Source: Betaproteobacteria bacterium (GTDB lineage: Bacteria; Pseudomonadota; Gammaproteobacteria; Burkholderiales; JAEUOS01). From it: 64,000 bases of DNA. The notes under the pieces are model-generated. The model was given only the letters and a program-made list of their open reading frames with translations. It was not told where the DNA came from and ran no database searches. How positions within the stretch are numbered: position 1 is the stretch's first letter; every line of letters begins with the position of its first letter. The stretch spans positions 4,464 to 68,463 of the forward strand of contig JAQGMJ010000083.1 of assembly GCA_028292405.1 (NCBI GenBank), given 5' to 3'. The translations under genes were made by a program, and so were the position numbers. Below are positions 38,268-49,877 of this stretch, piece after piece.

Positions 38268-38633
38268 CTAGCGCTTGTCGTGCGCCCGGGCGTTGCGGGC
38301 CATGAACTCGGGTGGTTTCTTCTGCACCCACGCAATGAAGGCCGCGATCTGCGGATGCGCGCGCAGTGCTTCCCAGGTGTGGTACTCGGCGGCCAGGCGT
38401 TTTTCGGAAATCGTCGCGTGGATCTTGGTGTGGCAGATGCGATGCACCAGGAACTTCTCGCGCCCGCGCTGCGACCTCGGCACCAAGTGATGTTCGTCTG
38501 TCGTCGGCCCCGGTACGAGAGGGCGGCCGCAGAGTGGGCAATCGGCAGCCGGCGTTACGCCAGGCGCCGCTTCCGGTTCCAGCGCCGCGGACTTTGATTG
38601 CGCCTTCGCCGCCTTGGCGGAAATCCGCGGCAT
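38268..38633 (-). CDS. small HNH endonuclease family protein
   Basis: CPLCGRPL...DEHHLVPRSQRGREKFLVHRICHTKIH carries the zinc-finger and HNH catalytic residues. Confidence 0.78.
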   Translation of the reverse strand: MPRISAKAAKAQSKSAALEPEAAPGVTPAADCPLCGRPLVPGPTTDEHHLVPRSQRGREKFLVHRICHTKIHATISEKRLAAEYHTWEALRAHPQIAAFIAWVQKKPPEFMARNARAHDKR

Positions 38634-38648
38634 CGGATTGGCCCTGCC

Positions 38649-39722
38649 TTAGGCGGCGATCTTCTCGATCGCGGCCTTCTCCAGCCCGACCTTGGCGCCG
38701 GCGGCGATGATCTCTTCCCAGGTGGTGGGATCCACCGGCACGCCCTCGGCCAGGCGCTGTTTTTTCCACGCCCGCTCCGGCTCTCCGGCGATCTGCACGT
38801 GGTCCACGCCCGGGGCCGGCGGCGAGCCGATGTGCCATGCCACGTAGCCCTCCATCTCCTTCGCCAGGTTCTCGCCGGTGCCCATCTTGTTCGGATCGAC
38901 CAGTATCGAGAACATGCCGTTGATCACCTGGCGCCGGCCGTCGGCGGGCCCCTTGGCGGTGACGCCGCCGGACAGTGCGCCGCCCAGCAGTTCGCAGATC
39001 AGCGCCATGCCCGAGCCCTTGTGCTCGCCGAAGGGCAGGATGGCGCCGTAGGGCGGCACCACCGTATAGCGTGGATTGGTGGTCGGCTTGCCTTCGCTGT
39101 CGATGATGGTGCCCGGCGCCAGTTCCACGCCCTTGTTGTGCGCCACGCGGGTCTTGCCTTGCGCGATCTTGCTGGTGGCGAAGTCGAGCACGATCGGGTC
39201 TTTGCCCGGCCGCGGGATGCCGACGCAAAACGGGTTGGTGCCGTGGCGCCCGTCGCCGCCGCCCCAGGGCGCGACGATCGGCCGGGAGATCACGTTGACG
39301 AAGTGGATCGACACCAGGCCGTGGCCGATGCACTGCTCGGCCCAGTGGCCGATGCGGCCGATGTGATGCGCGTTCGACAGGCCCATCACGCATACGCCGT
39401 TGCGCTTGGCGCGCTCGGCGGCCAGTTCCATCGCCTCGTAGCCCATCACCTGGCCGTAGCCCTGGTTGCCGTCGAGCGTGAGCATCACGCCGGCGTCCAT
39501 CACCACGCTGACGTGCCCGTTGAGCGTGAGCCCGCCTTCCTTGACCGACTCGATATAGCGCGGGATCATGCCGACGCCGTGCGAGTCGTGGCCCTTCAGG
39601 TTGGCCTCGACCAGATTGGTCGACACCAGCTCGGCCTCGCGGTCGGTCGAGCCGCCGGCCTTGACGATGGCGCGGACCACTTCAGTGAGGGAGGCGGCGT
39701 TGATGGTGCGGTAGTCGGCCAT
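38649..39722 (-). CDS. Ldh_2 family (malate/L-lactate/ureidoglycolate-type) dehydrogenase
   Basis: NLKGHDSHGVGMIPRY and HIGRIGHWAE motifs of the Ldh_2 family. Confidence 0.87.
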   Translation of the reverse strand: MADYRTINAASLTEVVRAIVKAGGSTDREAELVSTNLVEANLKGHDSHGVGMIPRYIESVKEGGLTLNGHVSVVMDAGVMLTLDGNQGYGQVMGYEAMELAAERAKRNGVCVMGLSNAHHIGRIGHWAEQCIGHGLVSIHFVNVISRPIVAPWGGGDGRHGTNPFCVGIPRPGKDPIVLDFATSKIAQGKTRVAHNKGVELAPGTIIDSEGKPTTNPRYTVVPPYGAILPFGEHKGSGMALICELLGGALSGGVTAKGPADGRRQVINGMFSILVDPNKMGTGENLAKEMEGYVAWHIGSPPAPGVDHVQIAGEPERAWKKQRLAEGVPVDPTTWEEIIAAGAKVGLEKAAIEKIAA

Positions 39723-39771
39723 GCTTTGTCTCTATGGTTGTTGGTGGCGGGGTCTTCGTTGCGTGAGCGGG

Positions 39772-41175
39772 TCAGATGACTTTGCCCGGGTTCATGATGT
39801 TCTGCGGATCGATCGCCGCCTTGATGTTTTTCATCACCTGCAGTTCCAGCGCCGACTTGTAGCGCTTGATCTCTTCGCGCTTGAGTTGCCCGATCCCGTG
39901 CTCGGCCGAGATCGAGCCGTTGAATTGCGCGGTGGCGTCGTGCACGATCAGGTTGACGCGATCCAGTTCCTTCGTCCAGTTCGGCTCGGTGAAGCTGGCC
40001 AGCGGATGCGCGACGTTGTAGTGCAGGTTGCCGTCGCCGACGTGCCCGAAGGTGATCGGGCGCACGCCGGGGTAGGCCTTTTCCAGCGCGGCGTCGGCCG
40101 CCTTGATGAAATCGGCAATCTTCGAAATCGGGATCGACACATCATGCTTGATGCTGCGCCCTTCATGCACCTGCGACTCGGTCATGTTCTCGCGCAGTTC
40201 CCACATGCGATTGCCCTCGGTCTCGTTCTTGGCGATGGCGCAGTCGAGGATGATGCCCTGCTCGATCGCTTCGCCGAGCGCGGCCTCGACATCGGCGGTG
40301 AGCGCGGCGGCATCGCGGCTGTCGGCAATATCGGAGAGCACGAACCAGGGAAACGCCGGCGGCAGCGGCGCCTTGAGCTGCGGAAAATACTTGGTCACCA
40401 GCGACAGGCCGAAATCCGAAATCAGCTCGAAGGCGGTGATGCGGTCGCCCAGCGCGCCCTTCATGAAACCCAGTAGGTCCATCGCCTTTTGCGGCGACTC
40501 CAGGCCGATGAACACGGTCTGCGTCGAGCGCGGCGCGGGGAAGAGTTTCAGCACCGCCTTGGTGATGATGCCAAGCGTGCCCTCGGCGCCGATGAACAGG
40601 TGCTTGAGGTCGTAGCCGGTATTGTCCTTGCGCAGGCCGCGCAGCCCGTTCCAGATTTCGCCCGACGGCAACACCACTTCCAGCCCCATCACCAGCTCGC
40701 GCGTGTTGCCGTAGCGCAGCACCTGCACCCCGCCCGCATTGGTGGAGATGTTGCCGCCAATGCGGCAGGAACCTTCCGCCGCCAGCGACAGCGGGAACAG
40801 GCGATCATGCTCGGCGGCTGTCTCCTGCAGCGTCTGCAGAATGCAGCCGGCTTCCACCGTCATGGTGTTGTTGATGGTGTCCACCTCCAGCACCTTCGTC
40901 ATGCGCGCGACGCTGATGATCACTTCCGTGCCGCTCTCGTCCGGCACCCCGCCGCCGACCAGCCCGGTGTTGCCGGCCTGTGGCACGATCGGCGTTTTCG
41001 TCTCGGCGCACAGCTTCACCAAGGCGGCGACTTCCTCCACCGTGCCGGGCTTGACCACCAGCAGCGGCTTGCCGAAATACTTCTTGCGCCAGTCGTTGGC
41101 ATAGGCGGCGAAGTCGCCGGTGATCACATTGGACTCGCCGACGATGGCGGCGAAGGCGGTCTTGAGGTCGGACAT
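39772..41175 (-). CDS. FAD-binding oxidoreductase (D-2-hydroxyacid / GlcD-like dehydrogenase)
   Basis: FAD_binding_4 N-terminal domain (PLLVVKPGTVEEVAALVKLC...VPQAGNTGLVGG) and an FAD-oxidase C-terminal domain. Confidence 0.87.
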   Translation of the reverse strand: MSDLKTAFAAIVGESNVITGDFAAYANDWRKKYFGKPLLVVKPGTVEEVAALVKLCAETKTPIVPQAGNTGLVGGGVPDESGTEVIISVARMTKVLEVDTINNTMTVEAGCILQTLQETAAEHDRLFPLSLAAEGSCRIGGNISTNAGGVQVLRYGNTRELVMGLEVVLPSGEIWNGLRGLRKDNTGYDLKHLFIGAEGTLGIITKAVLKLFPAPRSTQTVFIGLESPQKAMDLLGFMKGALGDRITAFELISDFGLSLVTKYFPQLKAPLPPAFPWFVLSDIADSRDAAALTADVEAALGEAIEQGIILDCAIAKNETEGNRMWELRENMTESQVHEGRSIKHDVSIPISKIADFIKAADAALEKAYPGVRPITFGHVGDGNLHYNVAHPLASFTEPNWTKELDRVNLIVHDATAQFNGSISAEHGIGQLKREEIKRYKSALELQVMKNIKAAIDPQNIMNPGKVI

Positions 41176-41190
41176 GCTTGTTGCCCCTGC

Positions 41191-41939
41191 TTAGTAGACG
41201 GCGCGGCCGCCCGAGATGTCGAAGACGGAACCGGTAGTGAAGGAGCATTCTTCGGAAGCCATCCAGCAGATCATCGCCGCGATTTCTTCCACTTGCACAA
41301 AGCGGTTCATCGGAATCTTCGACAGCATGAAGTCGATGTGCTGCTGGGTCATTTGCGAGAACATTTCGGTCTTCGCTGCTGCCGGCGTCAGCGTGTTGAC
41401 GCGAATCCCGGTCTGCGCCAGCTCCTTGCCGAGCGACTTGGTCAGGCCGATCACCGCCGCCTTCGAGGCCGAGTAGGCCGAGGCGTTCGGGTTGCCTTCC
41501 TTGCCGGCGACGGAAGCGATGTTGATGATGCGCCCGTAGTCCTGCTTCATCATCCACGGCACTACGGCCTTGCAGCAGTGAAACGTACCCGTGACGTTGA
41601 TGTCCATCACCTGGCGAAAATCCTTGGAGGAGTATTCCCACACCTTCTGGTTCGGCCCGGTGATGCCGGCGCTATTGACCAGGATGTCGATCTTGCCCAG
41701 GGCCTTGATGGTCGCCGAGGTTGCCGACAGCACCGCGTCTTCGTCGGTGATGTCCACCAGATGGGTCTCGACCCGCCCACCCGAAGAGAGCGTGGCCTTG
41801 GACTGCGGCAGGCGCTCCGCCATCATGTCCCACAGCATCACGGATGCGCCGGAGGCGAGCATGCGCTCGGCCACCGCGTAGCCAATGCCGCGCGCGCCGC
41901 CGGTGATCACCGCCACTTTGCCCTTAAGGTCGATCTGGT

Positions 41940-41943
<4 letters not shown>
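41191..41943 (-). CDS. SDR family oxidoreductase
   Basis: TGGARGIG cofactor motif and YSASKAAV catalytic motif. ATG at 41943 is chosen inside ORF 41191..42276. Confidence 0.9.
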
Positions 41944-43057
<1,114 letters not shown>

Positions 43058-43062
43058 TCAAC

Positions 43063-44451
43063 TTGGCGGCAAAACGAACAGCGGCGGCGCGCGGCAAGCA
43101 GGCGGACGGCAACCGGCTCGAAGCCGGCCTGGACGCCATTCGCGAAGCCGGCGAAGAGCTGCTCGACACGCGCCAGCTGCGCTATGTCGACTACCTGGTG
43201 CGCCGCTCGGTCCAGGACCAGTTGCCCCAGGCCGCCGGTAGCCTCACCTTCACCACGCTGCTCTCCCTGGTACCCCTGGTCACCATCGCGCTCGGCCTGT
43301 TCGCCGCCTTTCCGCTGTTCAACGGCGCCAAGCAGGCGATCGAAACCTTCATGCTGCAAAACGTGCTGCCGCACCAGGCCAGCGAGATGATCGGCACCTA
43401 CATCGCCGAATTCGCCGAATCCGCCGCCAAGCTCACCACCGCCGGCCTGGCCGCCCTGGCGGTCACCGCCGCCGCGCTGATGCAAACGATTTTCAACGCC
43501 TTCGACGCCATTTGGCGCGCGCAGCGCCCGCGCCCCCTGTGGCGCCGCGTGCTGATCTACTGGTCCACCATCACCTTGGGCCCGGTACTGATCGGCACGG
43601 GGCTGGCCATCACCTCCTACCTGGTGTCGAGTTCCCTTGGCCTGGTGGCGGGCGCCGCCTGGCTGAACGACATGGTGCTGAGCCTGGTGCCGATCGTGCT
43701 CACCTTCATCGCCTTCACCTTGCTGTATTTCACCGTGCCCAATAGCGACGTGCAATTGCGCCACGCCGCCATCGGCGGGCTGGCGGCGGCGGTCGGCTTC
43801 GAGCTGATGAAGCACCTGTTCGGCGTCTTCGTTTCGCGCTTTCCCACTTACCACCTGATCTACGGCACCTTTGCAGCCGTGCCGATTTTTCTCATGTGGA
43901 TTTATTTGTCGTGGATGATCGCGCTGGAGGGCGCGCTGATCGCCGCCACCTGGCCGCTGTACGGTTACGAGCGCGCCGACACCCGCAACTGGCCCGGCAC
44001 CCGCTTCATCGGCGCCATGCAGGTGCTGGCCCTGCTGCTGCGCTCGCGCGAGGCTGGTGGCGCCACCTCGCGCCAGATACGCACGGCCCTGCGCACCGCC
44101 TACTCCGAGGCCGAAGCCTTGCTGGAGGATTTGCGCAGCGCCAACTGGATAGGCCGGTTGGAGACCGGCAGCCACGAAGGCCGCTGGGTGCTGGTGTGCG
44201 ACCCCGACACGGTGAAGGTGGCCGACGTGTTCCGCCGCTTCGCCTTCGACGCCGCCCAGGCGCGCAAGCGCCTGCAGGGCGAAGACCCCGCCCTGGCGCG
44301 CGGCATGGGCGAAGTCGCTGCCTGGGCGGAACAAGGGCTGGGGCAGACCCTGTCACAGGCCCTGCACGTCCCTGCGCCGGAAGGCGGAGCCAAACCCGAA
44401 CCGCGAAAATCCGCCCGCGACCGCGTAAACCCGGTAAGCCCCATAAAATAG
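43063..44451 (+). CDS. YihY/BrkB (virulence factor BrkB / former RNase BN) family membrane protein with a C-terminal cytoplasmic domain
   Basis: AGSLTFTTLLSLVPLV...YWSTITLGPVL...PNSDVQLRHA pattern. Apparent TTG start 7 nt after GAGGA; the start is uncertain. Confidence 0.83.
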   Translation: MAAKRTAAARGKQADGNRLEAGLDAIREAGEELLDTRQLRYVDYLVRRSVQDQLPQAAGSLTFTTLLSLVPLVTIALGLFAAFPLFNGAKQAIETFMLQNVLPHQASEMIGTYIAEFAESAAKLTTAGLAALAVTAAALMQTIFNAFDAIWRAQRPRPLWRRVLIYWSTITLGPVLIGTGLAITSYLVSSSLGLVAGAAWLNDMVLSLVPIVLTFIAFTLLYFTVPNSDVQLRHAAIGGLAAAVGFELMKHLFGVFVSRFPTYHLIYGTFAAVPIFLMWIYLSWMIALEGALIAATWPLYGYERADTRNWPGTRFIGAMQVLALLLRSREAGGATSRQIRTALRTAYSEAEALLEDLRSANWIGRLETGSHEGRWVLVCDPDTVKVADVFRRFAFDAAQARKRLQGEDPALARGMGEVAAWAEQGLGQTLSQALHVPAPEGGAKPEPRKSARDRVNPVSPIK

Positions 44452-44481
44452 CGTCTACGTTCACGCTTCTCTATTCCTACG

Positions 44482-45309
44482 ATGGCAAACTTCATCCAGC
44501 AACTCTCGGCCGCCTGGCAGGCCAACAACTCCCTGTTGTGCGTCGGCATCGACCCCGACGTCACGCGCCTGCCGCGCCAACTCGCCAGCAAGCCCGACGC
44601 CATCCTGCAATTCGGCAAGGCCATTGTGGATGCCACCGCTGACCTGGTCTGCGCCTTCAAGCCGCAGATCGCCTATTTCGCCGCCGCCGACGCCGAGGAC
44701 CAGCTCGAAGAGTTGATCGCCTACATCCACCAGAAGTATCCGGCGATCCCCGTAATCCTCGACGCCAAGCGCGGCGACATCGGCGCCACCGGCGACCAGT
44801 ACGCCAGCGAAGCCTTCGAGCGCTACCAGGCCGATGCCGTCACCGTCAGCCCCTTCATGGGCAGCGACTCCATCACCCCCTTCACGGACTACGAGGACAA
44901 GGGCGTGATCGTTCTCTGCCGCACCTCCAACGCCGGTGGCGGCGATTTCCAGGACCTGGTGATCGGTGAGGGGCAGGCGAAAACCCGTCTCTATCAACAC
45001 ATTGCCCGCGTCGTCGCCGAAAAGTGGAACGGCGCCGGCAACTGCGCCCTGGTAGTCGGCGCCACCGTGCCGGGCGAGCTGGCCGAGGTGCGGCGCATTG
45101 TCGGCGACATGCCGCTGCTGGTGCCCGGCATCGGCGCCCAGGGCGGCGACATCGAGGCCACCGTGATGGCCGGCAAGACCAAAAACGGCACCGGCCTGAT
45201 AATCAACTCCGCCCGCGCCATCCTCTACGCCTCGGGCAAGGACGACTACGCCCTCGCCGCCCGTAAGGTCGCCAAGGCCACCCGCGACGCCATCAACGCC
45301 CATAGGTAG
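44482..45309 (+). CDS. pyrF: orotidine 5'-phosphate decarboxylase (type 2)
   Basis: LCVGIDP...KPQIAYF...[10 protein letters not shown] motifs of the long PyrF form. Confidence 0.93.
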   Translation: MANFIQQLSAAWQANNSLLCVGIDPDVTRLPRQLASKPDAILQFGKAIVDATADLVCAFKPQIAYFAAADAEDQLEELIAYIHQKYPAIPVILDAKRGDIGATGDQYASEAFERYQADAVTVSPFMGSDSITPFTDYEDKGVIVLCRTSNAGGGDFQDLVIGEGQAKTRLYQHIARVVAEKWNGAGNCALVVGATVPGELAEVRRIVGDMPLLVPGIGAQGGDIEATVMAGKTKNGTGLIINSARAILYASGKDDYALAARKVAKATRDAINAHR

Positions 45310-45386
45310 AAGCCGCGGCATCCGCCCCCATATGAGGGAACGTAGATACCAAAACGAAACAACGACGGAACGATGAAAGGATAACC

Positions 45387-45929
45387 ATGGCTGATACGCA
45401 TGAAATCGCAACCCTCGGCGCCGGCTGCTTCTGGTGCGTTGAGGCGGTGTTCGACGACCTCAAGGGCGTGGTCTCGGTCGAGTCCGGCTACACCGGCGGC
45501 AAGACCGTCAACCCAAGCTATGACGACATCTGCGGTGGTGACACCGGCCATGCCGAAGTGGTGCGCGTCACCTTCGACCCGGCGGTGATCAGCTTCGCCG
45601 ACATCCTGCGGGTATTTTTTACCGTCCACGACCCCAGCACGCTTAACCGCCAGGGCAACGACGTCGGCACCCAGTACCGCTCGGCGATTTTCTATCACTC
45701 CGAAGAGCAAAAGCAGGTCGCCGGGGAAGTGATCGCCGAGATCGACAAAGAGGGCATCTGGAGCGGCAAGGTGGTCACCGAAGTGGTGCCGGCCTCGACC
45801 TTCTACATGGCTGAAAAATATCACCAGGAATATTTTTCCAACAATCCGAACCAGCCTTACTGCATGTTCGTGGTCGCCCCCAAGGTGAAAAAATTCCGCG
45901 AAAAGTTCGCCGCGCGGCTGAAGAAATAA
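45387..45929 (+). CDS. msrA: peptide-methionine (S)-S-oxide reductase
   Basis: GAGCFWC active site and the downstream YTGG...GHAEVV motif. Confidence 0.96.
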   Translation: MADTHEIATLGAGCFWCVEAVFDDLKGVVSVESGYTGGKTVNPSYDDICGGDTGHAEVVRVTFDPAVISFADILRVFFTVHDPSTLNRQGNDVGTQYRSAIFYHSEEQKQVAGEVIAEIDKEGIWSGKVVTEVVPASTFYMAEKYHQEYFSNNPNQPYCMFVVAPKVKKFREKFAARLKK

Positions 45930-45944
45930 GGCAAGCGGTAGGAT

Positions 45945-45974
45945 AAAAACGCGAGCCGATGGCTCGCGTTTTTT
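45945..45974 (+). terminator. rho-independent terminator of msrA
   Basis: cgcgagcc-gat-ggctcgcg followed by T6. Confidence 0.85.
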
Positions 45975-45991
45975 ATCGGTTCGCGCTACGC

Positions 45992-46030
45992 AAATCGACC
46001 ACACTTAGTTGTCCGACTTGTGTATCTTTG
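45992..46030 (+). promoter_or_regulatory. 39-nt bipartite motif, copy B (AAATCGACCACACTTAG-N13-GTATCTTTG)
   Basis: Same boxes and same spacing as 19542..19580. It faces a region of about 370 bp without a credible ORF. Confidence 0.4.
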
Positions 46031-46135
46031 GTACATGGGTGGCCAGTCTGTTGCCTGTTGCCATTGAGGCGAATCCGCTTGTGCCGGCCCCCCTTGCGTT
46101 CTTTAACATGGCCGTGAATGTCCAAAAGGCTGCCT

Positions 46136-46160
46136 GTCATTCCCGCGCCGGCGGGAATCC
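46136..46160. repeat. GTCATTCCC-N-GGGAATCC palindromic REP-like element
   Basis: The palindrome attcccgc-gccg-gcgggaat was read directly. It has the same architecture as the ATTCCC-N8-GGGAAT repeats known from Neisseria. Confidence 0.8.
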
Positions 46161-46401
46161 ACACCTCTGTTGATTTGGATCGGACGCCGGATTTCCCCCG
46201 CGCGGACACGCCCCGAAGCAATGCCCTTTGGGGCGGTGTGGTCAATGAGTCGCCACAACACATGTGATGGCGATGGAAAAATGCCGAAGACCACCGTGAT
46301 TTACCGTGGTTTAAAACAGCGCCACGCGCGATTTTGCGAAAAAACTCGAGGTTTCCCAGGGTCCGACCACAAGTGTTGTAGCCCGGCCCGTCGTGCGGGC
46401 A

Positions 46402-47466
46402 TCAACCCGCCGCCGCCTTTTTGCGGATTTCCTCGATGATCGCCGCCGCCAGTTTCACCACCGTCAGCGGCGCCGAGCCCTCCGCCTTGTTGTTGGCTAC
46501 GAGATACACCGGGTAGCCCGCCGCGGCGGTGGCGGCGATCACCCGCGCCAGGGTGCCGCGGGTGTGCGGGTCTTCATCGACCAGCTTGTTGAAGGGGGCG
46601 TATTGCGCCTTGGCCTCCTCGTAGCGAAAGCCGGAATGCAGGTTCCAGCGCACCACCAGCGGCCCGGGCCAGAGCGCACGCAGCAGAGGCAGCTGTTCTT
46701 CGGCGGTCGGCATGCGCGCGTGCAGGCCCAGGCAGTAGCGGGTACCGGTGTCTTTGAGCGCATCGGCGAAATCGCGGGTCAGCAGCTCGCCATTGCGCAC
46801 CTCGACGGCGAACAGCGGCGGGATCGAAAATCCTTCGCACATCTGGTTCAGCGCGTACAAAAAGGCGTGCAGGCGTTTGATGAAGCCGGGCACGTCGCGC
46901 AAGGTCTGGAACGACAATGGAGAGAACTGGAACACCAGCGGCCCGGCTTTTTCGCCCAAGCCCGCGATCGCCGGTTTGACGAATTCGTCGAAGGCGGACT
47001 GCGCATCCAGAAAGCGCGGGTTGAGCTCGATCGGCGTGCCTTTTTCGCTGCGCCGCGATTCGTCGGTGATGAAGGAAGGCGCTTTTACCAGGAAGCGGAA
47101 ATGCGGCGGCACCTGGCGCGCGTATTGGCTGTACTCGGCCAGGGACATCGGCGTGTAGAAGGAACGGTCGATGCCGGCGGCGCGCAGCAGTGGGTGCTGC
47201 GAATAAGCCGTCAGGCCGCGCCGCGACAGGGTGGATTCGGAAGCCGGCTTGTCGTAGACGATGCCGGCCCAGCCGGGGAAGGACCAGGTGGAAGTGCCGA
47301 GGTGGATGGCCCCCGGCAAGGCTTGGCCGAGGGCGTGGATGGCGTCTTCCTGCTTCACCGGGCCGACGCCGCGCTGGGGCTTTTCCGGCGCCTTGCCGGA
47401 GGCGGCAGCGGAGTCGTCCTCCGGCTCGTCCTCGTCGGGGCCGAACAGGCCGATTTGTCCGCTCAT
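46402..47466 (-). CDS. DUF72 domain-containing protein
   Basis: LGTSTWSFPGW...SFY...HFRFLVKAP...GPLVFQFSP pattern of DUF72/UPF0759. Acidic N-terminal extension of about 50 aa. Confidence 0.8.
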   Translation of the reverse strand: MSGQIGLFGPDEDEPEDDSAAASGKAPEKPQRGVGPVKQEDAIHALGQALPGAIHLGTSTWSFPGWAGIVYDKPASESTLSRRGLTAYSQHPLLRAAGIDRSFYTPMSLAEYSQYARQVPPHFRFLVKAPSFITDESRRSEKGTPIELNPRFLDAQSAFDEFVKPAIAGLGEKAGPLVFQFSPLSFQTLRDVPGFIKRLHAFLYALNQMCEGFSIPPLFAVEVRNGELLTRDFADALKDTGTRYCLGLHARMPTAEEQLPLLRALWPGPLVVRWNLHSGFRYEEAKAQYAPFNKLVDEDPHTRGTLARVIAATAAAGYPVYLVANNKAEGSAPLTVVKLAAAIIEEIRKKAAAG

Positions 47467-47550
47467 GCGTAAAGTGAAGGGCAGCGCATGGCTTGATTAT
47501 CGGCGAAAATGCGCCCTGATTCCATTGCACCGACACCAGACCCCGCCAGC

Positions 47551-48510
47551 ATGAAACTCGACCTGATCGACTACGAACACGGCATCTCCGCCATCGACTC
47601 CGGCTTTGTCCGCCCGCGCCTGGACGCCATCCACATGGTGGTGGAAAACGGCCGCGCCGCCTTCGTTGACACCGGCACCAACCATTCGCTGCCGATGGTG
47701 CTGCAAGCCCTACAGGTGAAAGGTCTGACTGCGGAGAGCGTTGACTACGTGATGCTGACCCACATCCACCTCGACCACGCCGGCGGCGCCAGCCAGATGA
47801 TGAAGGCCTTTCCGAACGCCAAGCTGACAGTGCACCCGCGCGGCGCGCGCCACATGGCCGACCCCTCCAAGGTGTGGCAGGCGACGGTGGATGTGTATGG
47901 CGAGGAGACCGCGCTGCGTAACTACGGCGAGATCATCCCGATCCCGAAGGAGAGGATCATTGAAACCCCGGAAGGTAGCACCGTCTCGCTGGCGGGCCGT
48001 GAGTTCCTGTTCATCGACACGCCGGGCCATGCGAGGCATCACGTGTGCATCCGCGATTCGCGGACCGGGCACTTTTTCGTCGGCGACTGCTTCGGCCTGG
48101 CGTATACCGAACTCACCACCAACGGTGTGCGCCATGGTTTTCCCACCACCAGCCCCTCGCAGTTCGAGCCGCCGGTGCTGCAGGCGACCATGAACCGCGT
48201 GCTCGACTACAAGCCCGAAGCGATCTACATGACCCACTACGCACAGTTGCGCGATCCGGCGCGGGTGGCGGCCGACGTGCAGCGCCTGCTCGATGCGCAT
48301 TGTGACTTGGCGCAGGCCGTGCAGGCCAGCGGTGCGCGCGGCGAAGATCGCCACGCGAAAATCCTCGCGGGCATCCGCCAGCTGGTGCTGGCCGAAGGCA
48401 AGCGCCAGGGCTGGCCGCTGACCGAGGCGCAAATGCTCGACGTGTTCTCGGTCGACGACGACCTCAACGCGCAGGGGCTGGAGGTCTGGCTGGATGCGCA
48501 GAAGGTTTGA
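47551..48510 (+). CDS. MBL-fold metallo-hydrolase
   Basis: LTHIHLDHAGG metal-binding motif. ATG at 47551 is chosen inside ORF 47509..48510. Confidence 0.85.
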   Translation: MKLDLIDYEHGISAIDSGFVRPRLDAIHMVVENGRAAFVDTGTNHSLPMVLQALQVKGLTAESVDYVMLTHIHLDHAGGASQMMKAFPNAKLTVHPRGARHMADPSKVWQATVDVYGEETALRNYGEIIPIPKERIIETPEGSTVSLAGREFLFIDTPGHARHHVCIRDSRTGHFFVGDCFGLAYTELTTNGVRHGFPTTSPSQFEPPVLQATMNRVLDYKPEAIYMTHYAQLRDPARVAADVQRLLDAHCDLAQAVQASGARGEDRHAKILAGIRQLVLAEGKRQGWPLTEAQMLDVFSVDDDLNAQGLEVWLDAQKV

Positions 48511-48591
48511 GTCCTTGCTTTCCGTTCGTGGTGAGCCAGTCGAATAACGCTGAACGGAATGTCCTTCGACAGGTTCAGGACGAACGAAAAA

Positions 48592-49641
48592 CTAGGGAGC
48601 CCGGTCCAGCAGCATCGCATCGCCGTAGCTGAAAAAACGATAGCGCTGCGCAATGGCATGCGCATAGACCTTTAGCATCAAGTCATGCCCGGCGAAGGCC
48701 GACACCAGCATCAGCAGCGTGGACTTCGGCAGGTGAAAGTTGGTGATCAGCCGGTCCACCACCTTGTATTCGAATCCCGGCGTGATGAATATGCGCGTGT
48801 CGTCGGCGCCCGGCGCAAGCAGTTCGCCCTGGTTTGCGTTCGGGTTCGCACGCAGGGCCGCGCTTTCCAGCGCGCGTACGCTGGTGGTGCCCACCGCAAT
48901 CACCTTGTTGCCGCGCTGCTTCGCGGCGGTGATCGCCGCCACCGTCTCGGGCGTGATGTCGTACCACTCGCTGTGCATCACGTGTTCCTCGATGCGGTCG
49001 CCGCGCACTGGCTGAAAGGTGCCGGCGCCGACGTGCAAGGTGAGAAAGGCGGTGTGCACGCCTTGCGCCCGTAGTGTGTCGAGCAGCGCCTCGTCGAAGT
49101 GCAGGCCGGCGGTGGGCGCGGCCACCGCGCCGGGGGTGCGCGCGTAGACGGTCTGGTAGCGTTCGATGTCCTGCGCCGAAGCGTCGTGCTCGATGTAGGG
49201 GGGCAGGGGCACGGCGCCGTGCGCGTCCATCAGTTCGAATACGGTGGCGGGACCGGCGAAGCGCAGCAGGTAGAGGGCGTCGCGCTTTTCTTCGACGGTA
49301 GCGGTGGCGCCTGCGATGTTGAGCAGCGAGCCGGGCTTGGGCGACTTGCTGGCGCGGATGTGCGCCAGCGCGCTGTGCGCGTCCAGCACGCGCTCGATCA
49401 GAAGTTCGATCTTGCCGCCGCTGGCTTTTTCGCCGAACAGGCGCGCCTTCACCACCCGGGTCTGGTTGAACACCAGCAGGTCGCCGGGCGAGAGCAGTTG
49501 CGGCAGGTCGCGAAAGTGCAGGTCGGAAAATTGTCCGGCAGCGGGCACCAGCAACCGGCTTGCGGTGCGCTCGGCCGGCGGAAACTGCGCGATCAGCTCG
49601 GACGGCAGTTCGAAGTCGAAATCGGAAAGGGTGAAAGCCAT
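48592..49641 (-). CDS. queA: tRNA preQ1(34) S-adenosylmethionine ribosyltransferase-isomerase
   Basis: [18 protein letters not shown]-terminus and the C-terminal LMLVSAFAG...[11 protein letters not shown] signature. ATG at 49641. Confidence 0.95.
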   Translation of the reverse strand: MAFTLSDFDFELPSELIAQFPPAERTASRLLVPAAGQFSDLHFRDLPQLLSPGDLLVFNQTRVVKARLFGEKASGGKIELLIERVLDAHSALAHIRASKSPKPGSLLNIAGATATVEEKRDALYLLRFAGPATVFELMDAHGAVPLPPYIEHDASAQDIERYQTVYARTPGAVAAPTAGLHFDEALLDTLRAQGVHTAFLTLHVGAGTFQPVRGDRIEEHVMHSEWYDITPETVAAITAAKQRGNKVIAVGTTSVRALESAALRANPNANQGELLAPGADDTRIFITPGFEYKVVDRLITNFHLPKSTLLMLVSAFAGHDLMLKVYAHAIAQRYRFFSYGDAMLLDRAP

Positions 49642-49736
49642 GGGAGGTGATTGTAGCGGCGCGGCAGGCGCGCCACAGAGCGAAACCGCGGAGGAAAGAG
49701 CGTGTCCATCGGGTATAATTACGCCTCCTATCTCCA

Positions 49737-49823
49737 GCCCGGATGGCGGAATTGGTAGACGCGATGGACTCAAAATCCATTTCTAGCGATAGAGTGCCGG
49801 TTCGATTCCGGCTCCGGGCACCA
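49737..49823 (+). tRNA. tRNA-Leu (anticodon CAA)
   Basis: Cloverleaf folded by hand: acceptor GCCCGGA/TCCGGGC, anticodon stem ATGGA/TCCAT with loop CTCAAAA, long variable arm, T-arm GCCGG-TTCGATT-CCGGC, encoded CCA. TATAAT lies at 49714..49719. Confidence 0.92.
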
Positions 49824-49877
49824 AGTAAATAACGCAGTGCCGGTTCCTCGCAACCGGCATTCGTTGCGAATCCGCAG

